Assembly: GCA_963837955.1 (NCBI GenBank)
Contig: CAWIPH010000002.1
Coordinates: 192,001-256,000, forward strand
Source of the DNA: an uncultured Verrucomicrobiae bacterium
Lineage (GTDB): Bacteria; Verrucomicrobiota; Verrucomicrobiia; Chthoniobacterales; JAFAMB01
Length of the DNA stretch: 64,000 nucleotides
Direction of reading: 5' to 3'
In this document: positions 53,818 through 64,000 of the stretch, piece by piece
Numbering within the stretch: the first letter of the stretch is position 1
Layout of the letters: every line of letters begins with the position of its first letter
Notes under the pieces: generated by a model
What the model saw: the letters and a program-made list of their open reading frames with translations, nothing else
What the model was told of the DNA's origin: nothing
The model's database searches: none
Program-made: the position numbers and the translations under genes

Positions 53818-55359
53818 TTAACTCAATTGATAATTAGGTGTGGTCATCATGAGCGCGACCAAATCCCGGATAGAAGCATCATCGAATGGCATCGGTTTAG
53901 CCGAAGCGACTTCGACAAATTTTTTGAGGAGATCTGATTGCGGTTTTGACTGAAAAATCTGGATATATAACTTTTCGAGTAGCCGGTTAGCGTCCTTTCG
54001 ATCCTCGGCATCGACGAATTTTTCGACCGGCCAGGGTGAGGTGAGTGGCGGAAACGGTGTAGCCGTCGCTTCCGGACTGGTGACGAGATTTGCCTGAGCG
54101 GTTACTGACGTGTTCCTGTCCTGTGTCCCCTGGGTCGGAAAGGCTGTCGCTTTCGGCGGAAACTTCGGCAAACCAACTTGTTCCGGCCGGATTCCGTTGA
54201 TGAGTAGGCGGGCTAGCTGATAGCGATAAGCCAGCGTGCCGGTATTGATCCAACTCTTGCCTCCATCCCATCCTTTTACATTGGGAGGATAGAAAGGAAC
54301 TTGGCCAAGCTGACGATAGATATTCACCAAAGCTAGACCTTCCGGTGCGTAGACGCCGAGTGACCGACGAGCCTGGACTAAATACTGAACCGGACTTTTG
54401 ACGATCGCGCCCTGGGCGCGTTCGCTGTAGAACTCTTCTGAACTGAAGATCATTCGCAAAAGCGGCTTTATCTCGTATTGCGCCCCGCGGAACTTGGCAG
54501 CTAACGCATCGATAAGCGACGGATCCGGATCTTCATACGCGAGAAAACGCCAAACCTTACTCACGATGAACTTGGCACATTGCGGCTGTTCCAGGATGAT
54601 ATCGATGATCTGATCGCCAGTCCACGGACCGGTCTTTTGCATGAAAACTTTGATGGAAGGATCGAATTGATTCGGGGCAAACCGGAAGTGCTGGTCGAGT
54701 GGATTGATTCGGTAACCAGTGAATGCCTTCGCCGATTCCTTGATATCGTTCTCCGTGTAATGCCCTTCTCCCAGCGTGAATAGTTCCATTAACTCACGCG
54801 CGAAATTCTCGTTAGGCTTTTCCTTGCGACTGTTTGCTAAATCAAGCCAGACCAACATCGCGGGGTCTCTGGAGATAGCCTTCGTCAGCGCGCCAAAATT
54901 CCCGAGCGCATGGGCGCGAAGTGTTTGGTTCTGTAACCACATCTTGTAGGCGGGTCTTACCTTTGAGGCGCTGGTGGCGAAGTGTCCGTGCCAAAAGAGA
55001 GTCATCTTTTCCCGCACCGGAGCTTTGGTGTCGGTCATCTGTTGGGTCCACCATTGAACAAGCTCTATCATCTGTTCTTGGTTTGCCTTGTTGAAAGCTT
55101 GGCGCGCCTTAACCTTATCTTCTGGGGCGGTCGACGAACGGATCTGGTCGAATAGACCTCGCAGACTAGTGGGGTTGGCCACCGAAGCCGGTGGGGCAGA
55201 CTGTGCAGAAGCGGGCGTTAGTAACTCCTCGATGCTACGTTGCAACCCTTGATCGGCCAGTCGCTGAATCTCCGACCGAGCCCCCCCAAATCCGGCCCGG
55301 ACCAGTAAATGGCCCGCAGCGTCGTAATCCCACTTGCTTGATGGTAAGGGGGTTAACAT
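53818..55359 (-). CDS. DUF1800 domain protein
   Basis: HLLVRAGFG, EKMTLFWHGHFAT, PNENFARELMELFTLG and PPNVKGW. Confidence 0.92.
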   Translation of the reverse strand: MLTPLPSSKWDYDAAGHLLVRAGFGGARSEIQRLADQGLQRSIEELLTPASAQSAPPASVANPTSLRGLFDQIRSSTAPEDKVKARQAFNKANQEQMIELVQWWTQQMTDTKAPVREKMTLFWHGHFATSASKVRPAYKMWLQNQTLRAHALGNFGALTKAISRDPAMLVWLDLANSRKEKPNENFARELMELFTLGEGHYTENDIKESAKAFTGYRINPLDQHFRFAPNQFDPSIKVFMQKTGPWTGDQIIDIILEQPQCAKFIVSKVWRFLAYEDPDPSLIDALAAKFRGAQYEIKPLLRMIFSSEEFYSERAQGAIVKSPVQYLVQARRSLGVYAPEGLALVNIYRQLGQVPFYPPNVKGWDGGKSWINTGTLAYRYQLARLLINGIRPEQVGLPKFPPKATAFPTQGTQDRNTSVTAQANLVTSPEATATPFPPLTSPWPVEKFVDAEDRKDANRLLEKLYIQIFQSKPQSDLLKKFVEVASAKPMPFDDASIRDLVALMMTTPNYQLS

Positions 55360-55525
55360 GGTAAGTCGGAGTAGCTAAGAGTTAGATGGAGGCCTGCTGT
55401 TTGGCCGAATAGCGCGAATTCGCGCGATTCGATTCTGGTCAAACATGATCATTCGAGGTTCCATCGTTCTTAATGACGAGATGACGGGGTAGCGGTTTCA
55501 GCGAATAGGTACGGATTCAGGCATC

Positions 55526-56902
55526 ATGCGTTTTATCAATCTCACCAGGCGGACGGAAATAGGGGCGAACTCATACTTACTTGAGATCGCCGGAAGGAAG
55601 ATTGTTTTGGATGCTGGATTGCATCCTCGCAAACTTGCTGAGGAGGCCTTGCCGAACTATCGACACATTGCCGACGGGTCCGTTTCTAGCATCTTTGTCA
55701 GTCACGCTCACCAGGACCATATCGGATCTCTTCCGGTGCTGATGCGGCGGCAACCGCAAGCGCGAGTGTTCATGACCGAAGCAACGGCTAAGTTGAGCGA
55801 AATTATGTTACACAATTCCGTGAATGTTATGACCCGTCAGCGAGATGACCTGGGATTGGGGACTTATCCACTCTTTACGCATCGCGAAACGGAACAGGCA
55901 GCGGCGATGTGGCACAAAGCATACGTCGGACAAAGATGGAGTATGGAAGGCGAGCGAGTGCCGGACAATGAGGAGGCGGGGAGTTTTGAATTCTTCGAGG
56001 CCGGTCACATTCTTGGGGCGGTCGGTATTTTGCTTCGTGCTGAAGGAAAGCGAATCTTCTATACCGGCGACGTGAATTTCTCGGACCAGAGCTTAGTACT
56101 CAAAGCATCTTTTCCAGAGGAACCGCTAGATGTTCTGATCATTGAGACCACTCGCGGTGACCGAGCATCGGATCCGAATTTTTCCAGACTTCAAGAAGAA
56201 GAAAGATTTTTGCAAGCAATTCTCAGCGCCTTCGAACGCGGCGGATCAGTGCTGGTTCCTGTCTTTGCGCTCGGGAAAACGCAGGAGGTGCTAACGATGT
56301 TGCATCGTTTTAGGGCGAATGGCGCACTGCTCAATACACCGATTTACATCGGCGGGCTGAGTACTAAAGTCACCATCGCACATGACCAGTTAGCAGCCGG
56401 TACTCGGCGGTTATATCCGGGTCTGCAATTATTGCCGACCATAGCTCCCCAAGTTCTCAACGGAAGAGTCGGTCCGGTTGCTAAAATTCAACCCAATGGT
56501 CTGTATGTCCTCTCCAGCGGAATGATGACCGAAAAGACTCTCTCGAATCGTTTTGCCGCTCGATTTGTCGCCGACCGCAAACAATCGATCTTCTTTGTCG
56601 GTTATGCCGACCCGGAATCGCCGGCCGGTCGTTTGAAAATGGCCAAGCGCGGAGAAGCAATCCAGTTGGAAGAGAGTGCGCCAAGACAACCGGTCGACTG
56701 CGCCATCGAGGAATTCAATTTCAGTGGTCACGCGCCCCGAGAGGCTCTTCTGCAGTACGTCCAAACGACGAAACCTAAAGTGGTCATCCTCGTGCACGGT
56801 GATCCTTTGTCCCTGCAATGGTTTACCGGGGCGATCGAAGCAAGTCTTCCGGGGACGCGAGTGATTGTGCCTGAGCCCGGTCACCCCTACGATATACCGT
56901 GA
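55526..56902 (+). CDS. MBL-fold beta-CASP RNA-processing nuclease
   Basis: SHAHQDHIG, AGHILGA, YTGD, PVFALGKTQE, FSGHA and LVHGD. Confidence 0.92.
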   Translation: MRFINLTRRTEIGANSYLLEIAGRKIVLDAGLHPRKLAEEALPNYRHIADGSVSSIFVSHAHQDHIGSLPVLMRRQPQARVFMTEATAKLSEIMLHNSVNVMTRQRDDLGLGTYPLFTHRETEQAAAMWHKAYVGQRWSMEGERVPDNEEAGSFEFFEAGHILGAVGILLRAEGKRIFYTGDVNFSDQSLVLKASFPEEPLDVLIIETTRGDRASDPNFSRLQEEERFLQAILSAFERGGSVLVPVFALGKTQEVLTMLHRFRANGALLNTPIYIGGLSTKVTIAHDQLAAGTRRLYPGLQLLPTIAPQVLNGRVGPVAKIQPNGLYVLSSGMMTEKTLSNRFAARFVADRKQSIFFVGYADPESPAGRLKMAKRGEAIQLEESAPRQPVDCAIEEFNFSGHAPREALLQYVQTTKPKVVILVHGDPLSLQWFTGAIEASLPGTRVIVPEPGHPYDIP

Positions 56903-56980
56903 CTGGGCACTGCGGCATCGCTGCGGTCCTTCGCGGAAGAGGGTCACGGACTGCCCTGCCGGAATCGGTTGGATTCGACC

Positions 56981-57688
56981 TCAAGAAGGGATTGTAACCT
57001 TCGCGTATTTCGCGACTGCTCTACGCGCGAAGCGCGGCAAAAAGATGAGGGCTGCAATTGTCGCGACAATACTGAGAGCGAGCAGAACAATCTCACCTGT
57101 CCCTTTCTGAAAGTTGCCGGCAGCCAAAGCTTCTATGCCGGCTTTGCCGGCAGCGCCAAGATGACAGAAAAGCAAAATGCTGGGTAAGCTGCCGAGGATG
57201 GTCGTCCAAAGATAGGGCTGAAAACGTATTCCGGTAAGGCCGTAAAAATAATTTGCCAGTCCGAAAGGGATCGGACACAAGCGGAGGAGGGCCACAATTT
57301 TCCAACCCTCTTCTTCGATCGCCAAGTCGATTGCCCGGAAGGTCGGGTTTCGTCGAAGACGCTCGGCGATATCTTTCCGGAGAAAAGACCGCGAGAGGAA
57401 AAAACCCAACGAAGCGCCCAAACCGACGCCCAAAACAGCGCCAACCACTCCCAGCGGAAATCCAAACACCGCGGCCATAGCTATAATGACGGGACTGGCC
57501 GGGAAAAAAAAGAGAGACGAAACGGCTAAAACGACGACCAGGAAAGCCAAACCCATTAGCCCGAGACTACCGACCCAATTGGAAAGGTGATCGAGAATCG
57601 GGATGACCGGGACGAAGTAGGCGGTTAACGCCAACCCGAGCGCGACGACCGCAGCAATAATTAGCTTGGCCTGAAAGGACGATAACAC
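56981..57688 (-). CDS. TVP38/TMEM64 (DedA-like) membrane protein
   Basis: GWKIVALLRLCPIPFGLANY; multi-TM. Confidence 0.88.
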   Translation of the reverse strand: MLSSFQAKLIIAAVVALGLALTAYFVPVIPILDHLSNWVGSLGLMGLAFLVVVLAVSSLFFFPASPVIIAMAAVFGFPLGVVGAVLGVGLGASLGFFLSRSFLRKDIAERLRRNPTFRAIDLAIEEEGWKIVALLRLCPIPFGLANYFYGLTGIRFQPYLWTTILGSLPSILLFCHLGAAGKAGIEALAAGNFQKGTGEIVLLALSIVATIAALIFLPRFARRAVAKYAKVTIPS

Positions 57689-57759
57689 GCTTAAGGCTTC
57701 TTCTTAAGATCGCTCTCTGCCAACAACAGCAGAGAGTGTCTTTCTGCAGGAGGAGCTGA

Positions 57760-58020
57760 CTATTTTTTGACGATGTGCGTGTTCACAAGGCGGGTCAACT
57801 CGAACATGTCGACCTCTTTCTTGCCGTTGAATACAACTTCTAATGCGGCGTCTGCTTTAATCTGCTTCTTGTTTTGCAGATTGTGCTTCTTGATGTACTC
57901 CCAAAGTTTCTTGGTGAGTTCAGTTCTCGGCAGCGGGTGCGAGCCTACGATCTTAGCCAGGGCATCGTCCGGTTGAACCGGTTTCATGAACGCGCTGTTT
58001 GGTTTACCTTCTTTCGACAT
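57760..58020 (-). CDS. Stand-alone SWIB/MDM2 domain protein
   Basis: AFMKPVQP..LAKIVG..LPRTELTKKLWEYIKKHNLQ and DMFELTRLV. Confidence 0.92.
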   Translation of the reverse strand: MSKEGKPNSAFMKPVQPDDALAKIVGSHPLPRTELTKKLWEYIKKHNLQNKKQIKADAALEVVFNGKKEVDMFELTRLVNTHIVKK

Positions 58021-58094
58021 AATGTGGGATTAATACGGCCTAGAGGGAAATCAATCACAAATTGCTTAGGCGAGCGAGGGGAAACAAGGGTTCT

Positions 58095-58841
58095 TTATCG
58101 ACCCGAGAACACCCCGTTCGCCTCGGCTAAACTCTCATGGCTGCCAATATCATACCACAGACCGTCGATTGGATAGGTGAAAATATCGATCCTCTTATGT
58201 AGCCACTGGACGAAACGGCCCGGTTGATCTGCGTTATTACCCTCGGATAAATAGGTTTTTAGCAGTCGAAGTGCCTCCGGGCTGTAATAGTAGAGCGCAA
58301 TGCCGCAGACGGTACTCGTCGGATTCGCCGGTTTTTCTATGAATTCAGTGACGATTCCGGCGGGGTTAGTCGTGAGTTGATTGTATTTCTTTGCCTCCTC
58401 TAAGCTCTTTACGTTGTACACACCAAGTGTAGCCGGGTGCTCTCGGGCGAAATCGGCAAAATTTGCCAAAGATTCGCTAAAAAGATTGTCGCCGGCGACC
58501 ACCAAGAGGTCTTCTCGGTACAGGTTTGCCTTTTCCAAGGCGAAAAAGATATCGCCGATGGCACCAAGCTTGTCCGTATCGGACATCGATTGATCGTCGA
58601 GAACTTCGAACTTCGCTGACTTGTGCCGCTGTTGATAACGATTGGTCCAATCGATAAATTGCTGCGCAAACTTATGGTTGGTAACGATATAGAACTTTTT
58701 GAGATCTTTGATGGGAAGCAGGTGCTCGACCACTCGCTCAATCATCGGCTTGCCCGCTACCGGGAGGAGAGGTTTAGCCTGGTTTAGCGTTAGCGGGTAG
58801 AGGCGAGTGGCATAGCCAGCTGCCAGAATCAGCGCGTTCAT
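58095..58841 (-). CDS. Sugar-phosphate nucleotidyltransferase
   Basis: LAAGYATRLYPLT, KPLLPV, AGDNL, EKP and WYDIG. Confidence 0.92.
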   Translation of the reverse strand: MNALILAAGYATRLYPLTLNQAKPLLPVAGKPMIERVVEHLLPIKDLKKFYIVTNHKFAQQFIDWTNRYQQRHKSAKFEVLDDQSMSDTDKLGAIGDIFFALEKANLYREDLLVVAGDNLFSESLANFADFAREHPATLGVYNVKSLEEAKKYNQLTTNPAGIVTEFIEKPANPTSTVCGIALYYYSPEALRLLKTYLSEGNNADQPGRFVQWLHKRIDIFTYPIDGLWYDIGSHESLAEANGVFSGR

Positions 58842-58980
58842 TAGTTATCTCAGAGGCCAACCTAGCCGCAATGTAAAGTCTGAATCGGATCTGGAATCTG
58901 GAATGTAGAATCCGGCCAGATAAGTCACATGAGACCCAGGGGACGCAATGGGACATATGGGACGCATGGGACATATGAGG

Positions 58981-60168
58981 CTATCCGATATGACTTTCGA
59001 ATATTCGGACCAATTCTTGGACGGTCGCCTCCAAATTAAATTTCTCGCGTGCTGTTGCTAATCCGGAAGCGCCCAGGCTTTTCCTCTTGCGCGGATCTAC
59101 AAGCAAACTGCGAATGGCCGAAGCCAAAGTTTCCGGAGCCTGTTGCGGAACCAGAATGCCGTTTATTTGATCGGCGATGATTTCGGGGATGCCGGCCAGA
59201 CGCGAGGCAACGATCGGTAAACGGCTTGCCATAGCCTCGATTAAGACCGTGGGGAGATTATCGCGGTCGCCAGCTTCGTCTTGTCGCGCCGGGAAAACGA
59301 AAATTTGACTTTGAGCCAACAGTTCTACGATCTCCGTTTGGCTCCTGGAGCCGACCAGTTCGACTACTTTATTCAAACCGCGCGCTTCAATCAGCTGGCG
59401 AAGCGGCAGATGCTCCGGTCCACCACCTACGATCGTGCATCGAAAATCAAGCCCTTGCTTTTGCAGCAAGCCGCAGGCTTCCACTAGCTCAGCATAGCCC
59501 TTCTTTGGAATTAAGCGGCCGACCGAAATGATCCTGAGCGGCAACGCCTCCGCTTCCGCCGGTGAAAATTGGTCGAGGTTTAGCCCGTTGTATACGCGAT
59601 AGATTTTGTTAACTGCGAACGGGAACAGTGACTTGAGGTAGTCAACGCCATAGTCGCTTACGCTGACCACAAAACGTGCTTCCGCTACCAGACTCTTGAG
59701 AGGCACCCTTTGGTCGGGTTTCTCCACAAAGATGTCGTTAGCATGGCCGGTAAAGCTGTAAGGGATTCCGAAAAGCTTCTTGACCCACCATGCGGTTCGA
59801 GCGGCCACCCCAGCGAAATGGACGTGAAGATGCTCGACTCCAAGTCGGTTGAGCCGGCTGCCCAGGTAAATTGCTTCGAAAAAGCGATGTTTATCCCGGC
59901 TATCTCTTTCTTTGTCCCAGTAGTCGCTAAACCGTCTGGCCGCCCAACGCGTCGGAATTTTGAAAAACGGGCTGTTAGAATCGGGAAAATAGTGGATCGC
60001 GACATCGTCCAGCGGAATATTTAATGGCCGCTCATCGTTCGGCCGGCGAATCGAAAAAACCGGAATCCGATGATTTTGACGATAAAGTTCCGCGATTTCG
60101 CGGGCGCAAAAGGTTTTGGTGAAAGCGGGAAATCTTTCAAAAAGGTAAGCTAGTGTGCCGTCTCGCAC
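58981..60168 (-). CDS. Glycosyltransferase family 4 (WcaL-like)
   Basis: HLHVHF, FTGHANDIF, VGRLIPKKG and DNLPTVLIEAMA. Confidence 0.9.
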   Translation of the reverse strand: MRDGTLAYLFERFPAFTKTFCAREIAELYRQNHRIPVFSIRRPNDERPLNIPLDDVAIHYFPDSNSPFFKIPTRWAARRFSDYWDKERDSRDKHRFFEAIYLGSRLNRLGVEHLHVHFAGVAARTAWWVKKLFGIPYSFTGHANDIFVEKPDQRVPLKSLVAEARFVVSVSDYGVDYLKSLFPFAVNKIYRVYNGLNLDQFSPAEAEALPLRIISVGRLIPKKGYAELVEACGLLQKQGLDFRCTIVGGGPEHLPLRQLIEARGLNKVVELVGSRSQTEIVELLAQSQIFVFPARQDEAGDRDNLPTVLIEAMASRLPIVASRLAGIPEIIADQINGILVPQQAPETLASAIRSLLVDPRKRKSLGASGLATAREKFNLEATVQELVRIFESHIG

Positions 60169-60426
60169 CGTTTATCTTTATGCCCGAGACAAAGAGAGTG
60201 CCAACGAGAATCCGAAATAGAGCTTGGAGTCGAAAAACAGGTGTTTGGGAAGGGCTTTTTCCCTGAGAAAATAGTTTGTGAAAAATTTCACAAATAACTT
60301 GCCAGAGGCGTCAGCACTTGCTTTTGTAGCGAGTCCCACCCTCCGGCCGCTGGCGCGATCGGTCCTGTGCTCCCCCCGGAGCTTCCGGGCCTCTCTCTCC
60401 TCTTGTCTGAGGGGGGTGAAATCATT

Positions 60427-61290
60427 ATGCAGGTCTCGACATTAATGGCTGCCGAGCAGATTCCGGTAAACGCGACGCCGTTCATTCCGGCGCCGGCTTA
60501 TAGCTGGTTTACCAACTCTTTTTTGGTCACCGTTGTCGTCACCGCGCTGATCATTTTCGTGGCGCGCTGGGCCACTCGCAACATCCAGCTAATTCCGGAC
60601 GGCCCGCAAAATCTGTTCGAGCTTATCGTTGAGACTTTGTACAACACGTTCGAGGGGATCGTAGGCCGGCACATGATTTCCAAGGTTTTTCCCCTCATCG
60701 CAACCCTCTTTATCTTCATTCTCGCTGCCAATTGGTTCGGATTGATCCCGGGAGTTGGTACCGTGGGATTTGGCGAGCCCGACGGCACCCCGTTCGGGCT
60801 TAAGGAGGTCACTCAGCCGCTCTTTCGACCGGCGACTGCCGATTTAAACATGACCTTAGGCATGGCTGCCTTTTTCATGATCTGGTGGGTCGTTTGGACA
60901 TTCTCGGAGGTTGGCGTCATTGGCTTTATCAAACATACGTTTGCGCCCAAGGGTGGCCTGAAAGGAGCGATGTGGGCTCTGTTATTGCCGCTATTTATCT
61001 TCGTCGGCGTTATTGAACTCATCTCCATCGCCTTCCGCCCGGTTTCTCTTTCTCTGCGGCTCTTCGGAAATATCTACGCTGGCGAAACATTGCTTCACAC
61101 AATGGCTACTCTGGGGAGCGGCCTCCCGATACCTCTCAATTGGCTAAGTTCGATCATTTTCCCGCTTCCGTTTTATTTTCTCGAGCTATTGGTCGGAATT
61201 CTCCAGGCGTTCGTATTCTCGCTACTCTGCGCAGTCTATATTCGGCTATCTACAAGTCACGAAGGAGAGGAAGAAGCGCACAGTCACTGA
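60427..61290 (+). CDS. atpB: F0F1 ATP synthase subunit a
   Basis: NWFGLIPG, PATADLN, RPVSLSLRLFGN and LQAFVF. Start approximate. Confidence 0.95.
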   Translation: MQVSTLMAAEQIPVNATPFIPAPAYSWFTNSFLVTVVVTALIIFVARWATRNIQLIPDGPQNLFELIVETLYNTFEGIVGRHMISKVFPLIATLFIFILAANWFGLIPGVGTVGFGEPDGTPFGLKEVTQPLFRPATADLNMTLGMAAFFMIWWVVWTFSEVGVIGFIKHTFAPKGGLKGAMWALLLPLFIFVGVIELISIAFRPVSLSLRLFGNIYAGETLLHTMATLGSGLPIPLNWLSSIIFPLPFYFLELLVGILQAFVFSLLCAVYIRLSTSHEGEEEAHSH

Positions 61291-61360
61291 TCCAATTTCC
61301 TCGCCGGGACCATCCGAGAGAGTGGGCGGCGGGAACGAACCCAAAAACAAGAAACAAAAC

Positions 61361-61597
61361 ATGTTAGATCTACTTCCTATGTTGGCCGATGTGACCGGCA
61401 ACGTCGGGGCGACTCTGCCGTTGGCATTCGCCGGGGCCGGCGCCGGAATTGGTGTCGGCTTGGTTGGAGCCAAAGCTGCCGAAGCAGTCGGCCGCAACCC
61501 CGGAGCCTTCGGAAATATCCTGGTTATTGCGATTATCGGTATGGCTCTGGCCGAGGCGATCGCAATTTATGCATTGATTATTGCGTTCACGAAATAA
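61361..61597 (+). CDS. atpE: F0F1 ATP synthase subunit c
   Basis: GAGAGIGVG, GRNP and ALAEAIAIY. Confidence 0.96.
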   Translation: MLDLLPMLADVTGNVGATLPLAFAGAGAGIGVGLVGAKAAEAVGRNPGAFGNILVIAIIGMALAEAIAIYALIIAFTK

Positions 61598-61612
61598 GAA
61601 TAATTATAGCAA

Positions 61613-61636
61613 CCGTGGGAAGTCAGCTTCCCACGG
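61613..61636 (+). promoter_or_regulatory. Intercistronic stem-loop after atpE
   Basis: CCGTGGGAAG-TCAG-CTTCCCACGG, a perfect 10-bp stem. Confidence 0.65.
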
Positions 61637-61666
61637 CGATTTTCAAGTTTTAGCCGAATCGATCGT

Positions 61667-62176
61667 ATGGATGCCGCCGCAAACGTTGCCCAGCAATTTG
61701 GAGTTTATTGGCCGACCTTCATCGCCCAGGTTGTTCTGTTCGTTCTGGTCTACCTGATCCTGCGCAAATATGCCTTTAAGCCGATCATCGCTTTGCTGGA
61801 AGAAAGACGGCGGCAGATTCAGGAAGCGCAAGCGAACGCTGAACGGGTCAAGCAACAGTTGGCTGAAGCGCAGGTGAAGTACGAAGAAATTTTAACTCGG
61901 GCAAACGCGGAAGCGCAACGATTGCTGGACGAGGTGCGGCTCAGCGCAGAGCGACTGAGCGAGCACAAGCGGCAGCAAGCGATGACCGAAGCTGAGGAGA
62001 TTATCAAGAAGGCGCGGGAATCTTTGGAGCATGAGCGGGAGCTGACGATGGTGGAATTAAAGCGCGATTTTGGGCGACTTGTCATCGAGGCGACTGCGAA
62101 AGTGACGAACAAGGTTCTTACCCCAGAAGACCAGCAACGAATTAACGAGGAGGCGACTCGCGAGATAGCGGCGTGA
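61667..62176 (+). CDS. atpF: F0F1 ATP synthase subunit b
   Basis: N-terminal TM, FKPI..LEERR and coiled coil; operon position. Confidence 0.95.
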   Translation: MDAAANVAQQFGVYWPTFIAQVVLFVLVYLILRKYAFKPIIALLEERRRQIQEAQANAERVKQQLAEAQVKYEEILTRANAEAQRLLDEVRLSAERLSEHKRQQAMTEAEEIIKKARESLEHERELTMVELKRDFGRLVIEATAKVTNKVLTPEDQQRINEEATREIAA

Positions 62177-62189
62177 GCGAGAAGAAGCA

Positions 62190-62582
62190 ATGAAAACGTC
62201 TCGAGAAGCGCGCCGAACGTCTCGGCAAATGCTTAAACTAAGTTTAACAGACGGAAAATTAGATCAGCAGAAAATATCGCGAATGGTTGAAACAGTCTTG
62301 TCAGAAAAACCTCGGCATTACGTCGAAGTACTTAAGGATTATCAACGCCTTGTGCGCTTGGAGGTTGAGCGGCGACATGTTGTTGTGGAGAGCGCCGCTC
62401 CCTTGAATCCTCAACTCAGTGATCAGGTCTTGGCTAAATTAAAAGCGCGTTACGGGGACGATTTAACTGCAGAATTTCGCACAAATCCTGTTCTACTCGG
62501 CGGTTTGCGCATCAAGGTTGGCGACGACGTTTGGGATGGATCAGTTCGCCACCGATTACAGGCCCTGAAGGAGCAGCTTTAG
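62190..62582 (+). CDS. atpH: F0F1 ATP synthase subunit delta (short form)
   Basis: VESAAPL and [18 protein letters not shown]. Confidence 0.93.
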   Translation: MKTSREARRTSRQMLKLSLTDGKLDQQKISRMVETVLSEKPRHYVEVLKDYQRLVRLEVERRHVVVESAAPLNPQLSDQVLAKLKARYGDDLTAEFRTNPVLLGGLRIKVGDDVWDGSVRHRLQALKEQL

Positions 62583-62590
62583 ACGCTATC

Positions 62591-64000
62591 ATGAACACTA
62601 TTCTCGAAGAACTGGAAGCCGCGATATCTGGTCTAAAAACCAAAACGACCCGGTCGAACGTCGGTGTGGTCCGGGAGGTTGGGGATGGGGTCTGCAAAAT
62701 AGAGGGGTTGAGCGACGTAATGCTCAACGAAATGATCGAATTCGCGGGCGGGACTTATGGTTTGGCCTTGAACCTCGAGGAAACCGAGGTGGGTGCGATT
62801 CTCCTCGGCGATTACGCCGATATTACCGAAGGGACGGAGGTGCGCACGACTGGCCGGCTATTGTCTGTACCGGTTGGAAAAGGTTTGCTCGGGAGAGTGG
62901 TAAATTCCCTAGGACAACCGATCGACGGGAAAGGGCCGATCCACTCAGAAACCAGTTATCCGGTAGAAAAGATCGCTCCAGGGATCATTAAGAGACGTCC
63001 TGTTACGGTGCCGGTACAGACCGGTATTCTTCCCATTGATGTGATGATTCCCATCGGGCGCGGCCAGCGCGAGTTAATTATTGGGGACCGGGCAACGGGG
63101 AAAACGACGGTCGCCCTGGACACGATCATCAGCCAGGCTCGACTGAACCGTTTAGCCGAAGAAGGCAAGGCGAAGTATCACACACCGCTCTATTGTATCT
63201 ACGTGGCGATCGGGCAGAAGAACATGAATATCGCCAGGGCGGTTGACATTCTCGAAAAAACCGGAGCTCTTCCCTATACGATCGTCGTATCCGCGTCCGC
63301 CTCGGACAGCGCTACGGACCAATATCTGGCGCCCTATGCTGGAGCCGCTATGGGAGAGTGGTTCATGGATCACGGGATGGATGCATTGATCGTTTTCGAT
63401 GATCTCTCCAAACACGCTGCCGCCTACCGCCAGGTCTCGCTCGTGCTAAAGCGTCCTTCCGGACGCGAGGCGTACCCGGGTGACGTATTCTATCTCCACT
63501 CCCGTTTGCTCGAACGGAGTGCCCGTCTGAATGAAAAGGCCGGGGGCGGATCTCTGACCGCCCTGCCCATTATCGAGACCCAGGCAGGTGACGTTTCAGC
63601 CTACATTCCGACCAATGTCATTTCGATTACTGATGGACAGATCTATTTGGAAACGGACCTCTTCTATCAAGGTGTCCGTCCGGCCATCTCGGTCGGCATC
63701 TCAGTGAGCCGAGTGGGTTCGGCCGCGCAGATCAAAGCGGTCAAACAAGTTGCTGGTTCAACCAAATTGGATTTGGCGCAGTTCCGCGATCTGCAGGCTT
63801 TCGCCCAATTCGGATCTGACGTCGATCCTGGTACGCGTAAAAAGCTGGATCGGGGTCAGCGTATCGTGGAACTCTTTAAGCAGGGGCAACATGATCCGAT
63901 GCCCGTCGAGATCGAAGTTGTGATTCTGTTTGCGATGCAGAAGGGCTACTTTGACGACGTTCCGGTCGACAAGATCAAAGACTGCCAGGCGAAGCTCCGC
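62591..64000 (+). CDS. atpA: F0F1 ATP synthase subunit alpha (runs off right edge)
   Basis: Manual translation from ATG 62591: [40 protein letters not shown] and [11 protein letters not shown]. Confidence 0.97.
   Translation, partial: MNTILEELEAAISGLKTKTTRSNVGVVREVGDGVCKIEGLSDVMLNEMIEFAGGTYGLALNLEETEVGAILLGDYADITEGTEVRTTGRLLSVPVGKGLLGRVVNSLGQPIDGKGPIHSETSYPVEKIAPGIIKRRPVTVPVQTGILPIDVMIPIGRGQRELIIGDRATGKTTVALDTIISQARLNRLAEEGKAKYHTPLYCIYVAIGQKNMNIARAVDILEKTGALPYTIVVSASASDSATDQYLAPYAGAAMGEWFMDHGMDALIVFDDLSKHAAAYRQVSLVLKRPSGREAYPGDVFYLHSRLLERSARLNEKAGGGSLTALPIIETQAGDVSAYIPTNVISITDGQIYLETDLFYQGVRPAISVGISVSRVGSAAQIKAVKQVAGSTKLDLAQFRDLQAFAQFGSDVDPGTRKKLDRGQRIVELFKQGQHDPMPVEIEVVILFAMQKGYFDDVPVDKIKDCQAKLR

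Overview
A 64-kb bacterial chromosomal window, most likely from a soil Verrucomicrobiota (Chthoniobacterales-like) genome. The taxonomy is inferred from gene content (PEP-CTERM protein, stand-alone SWIB protein, DUF1501/DUF1800 pair, ADOP-type permeases). The left ~17.6 kb is an accessory region ending at the 3' end of tRNA-Arg(CCT). It holds a head-to-tail array of at least five MacB/FtsX-like 'duplicated orphan' ABC permease genes behind a candidate sigma-54 promoter with two palindromic enhancer sites. It also holds an AAA_14/DUF4143 ATPase-nuclease gene bracketed at its start and stop by 28-bp palindromic direct repeats, degraded or frameshifted surE, MDR oxidoreductase and pip genes, and a DarT/DarG (DarTG2-type) module. 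Much of ~4-16.7 kb carries indels and ~11.8-13.1 kb is strongly C-depleted, so low-quality consensus is likely and pseudogene calls there are uncertain. The remainder is mostly core genome: a Mycobacterium Sdh1-like succinate dehydrogenase operon, ligA, pyrH-frr, leuC/leuD, glycosyltransferases, cysS-ispF-suhB, coaC-yicC-carB, trpS, a GH57 branching enzyme, DUF1501/DUF1800, a beta-CASP nuclease and the start of the atp operon. Intergenic spaces contain REP/MITE-like inverted repeats and heptamer repeats. A 43-aa histone-H1-like gene and a candidate structured ncRNA are not in the supplied ORF track.
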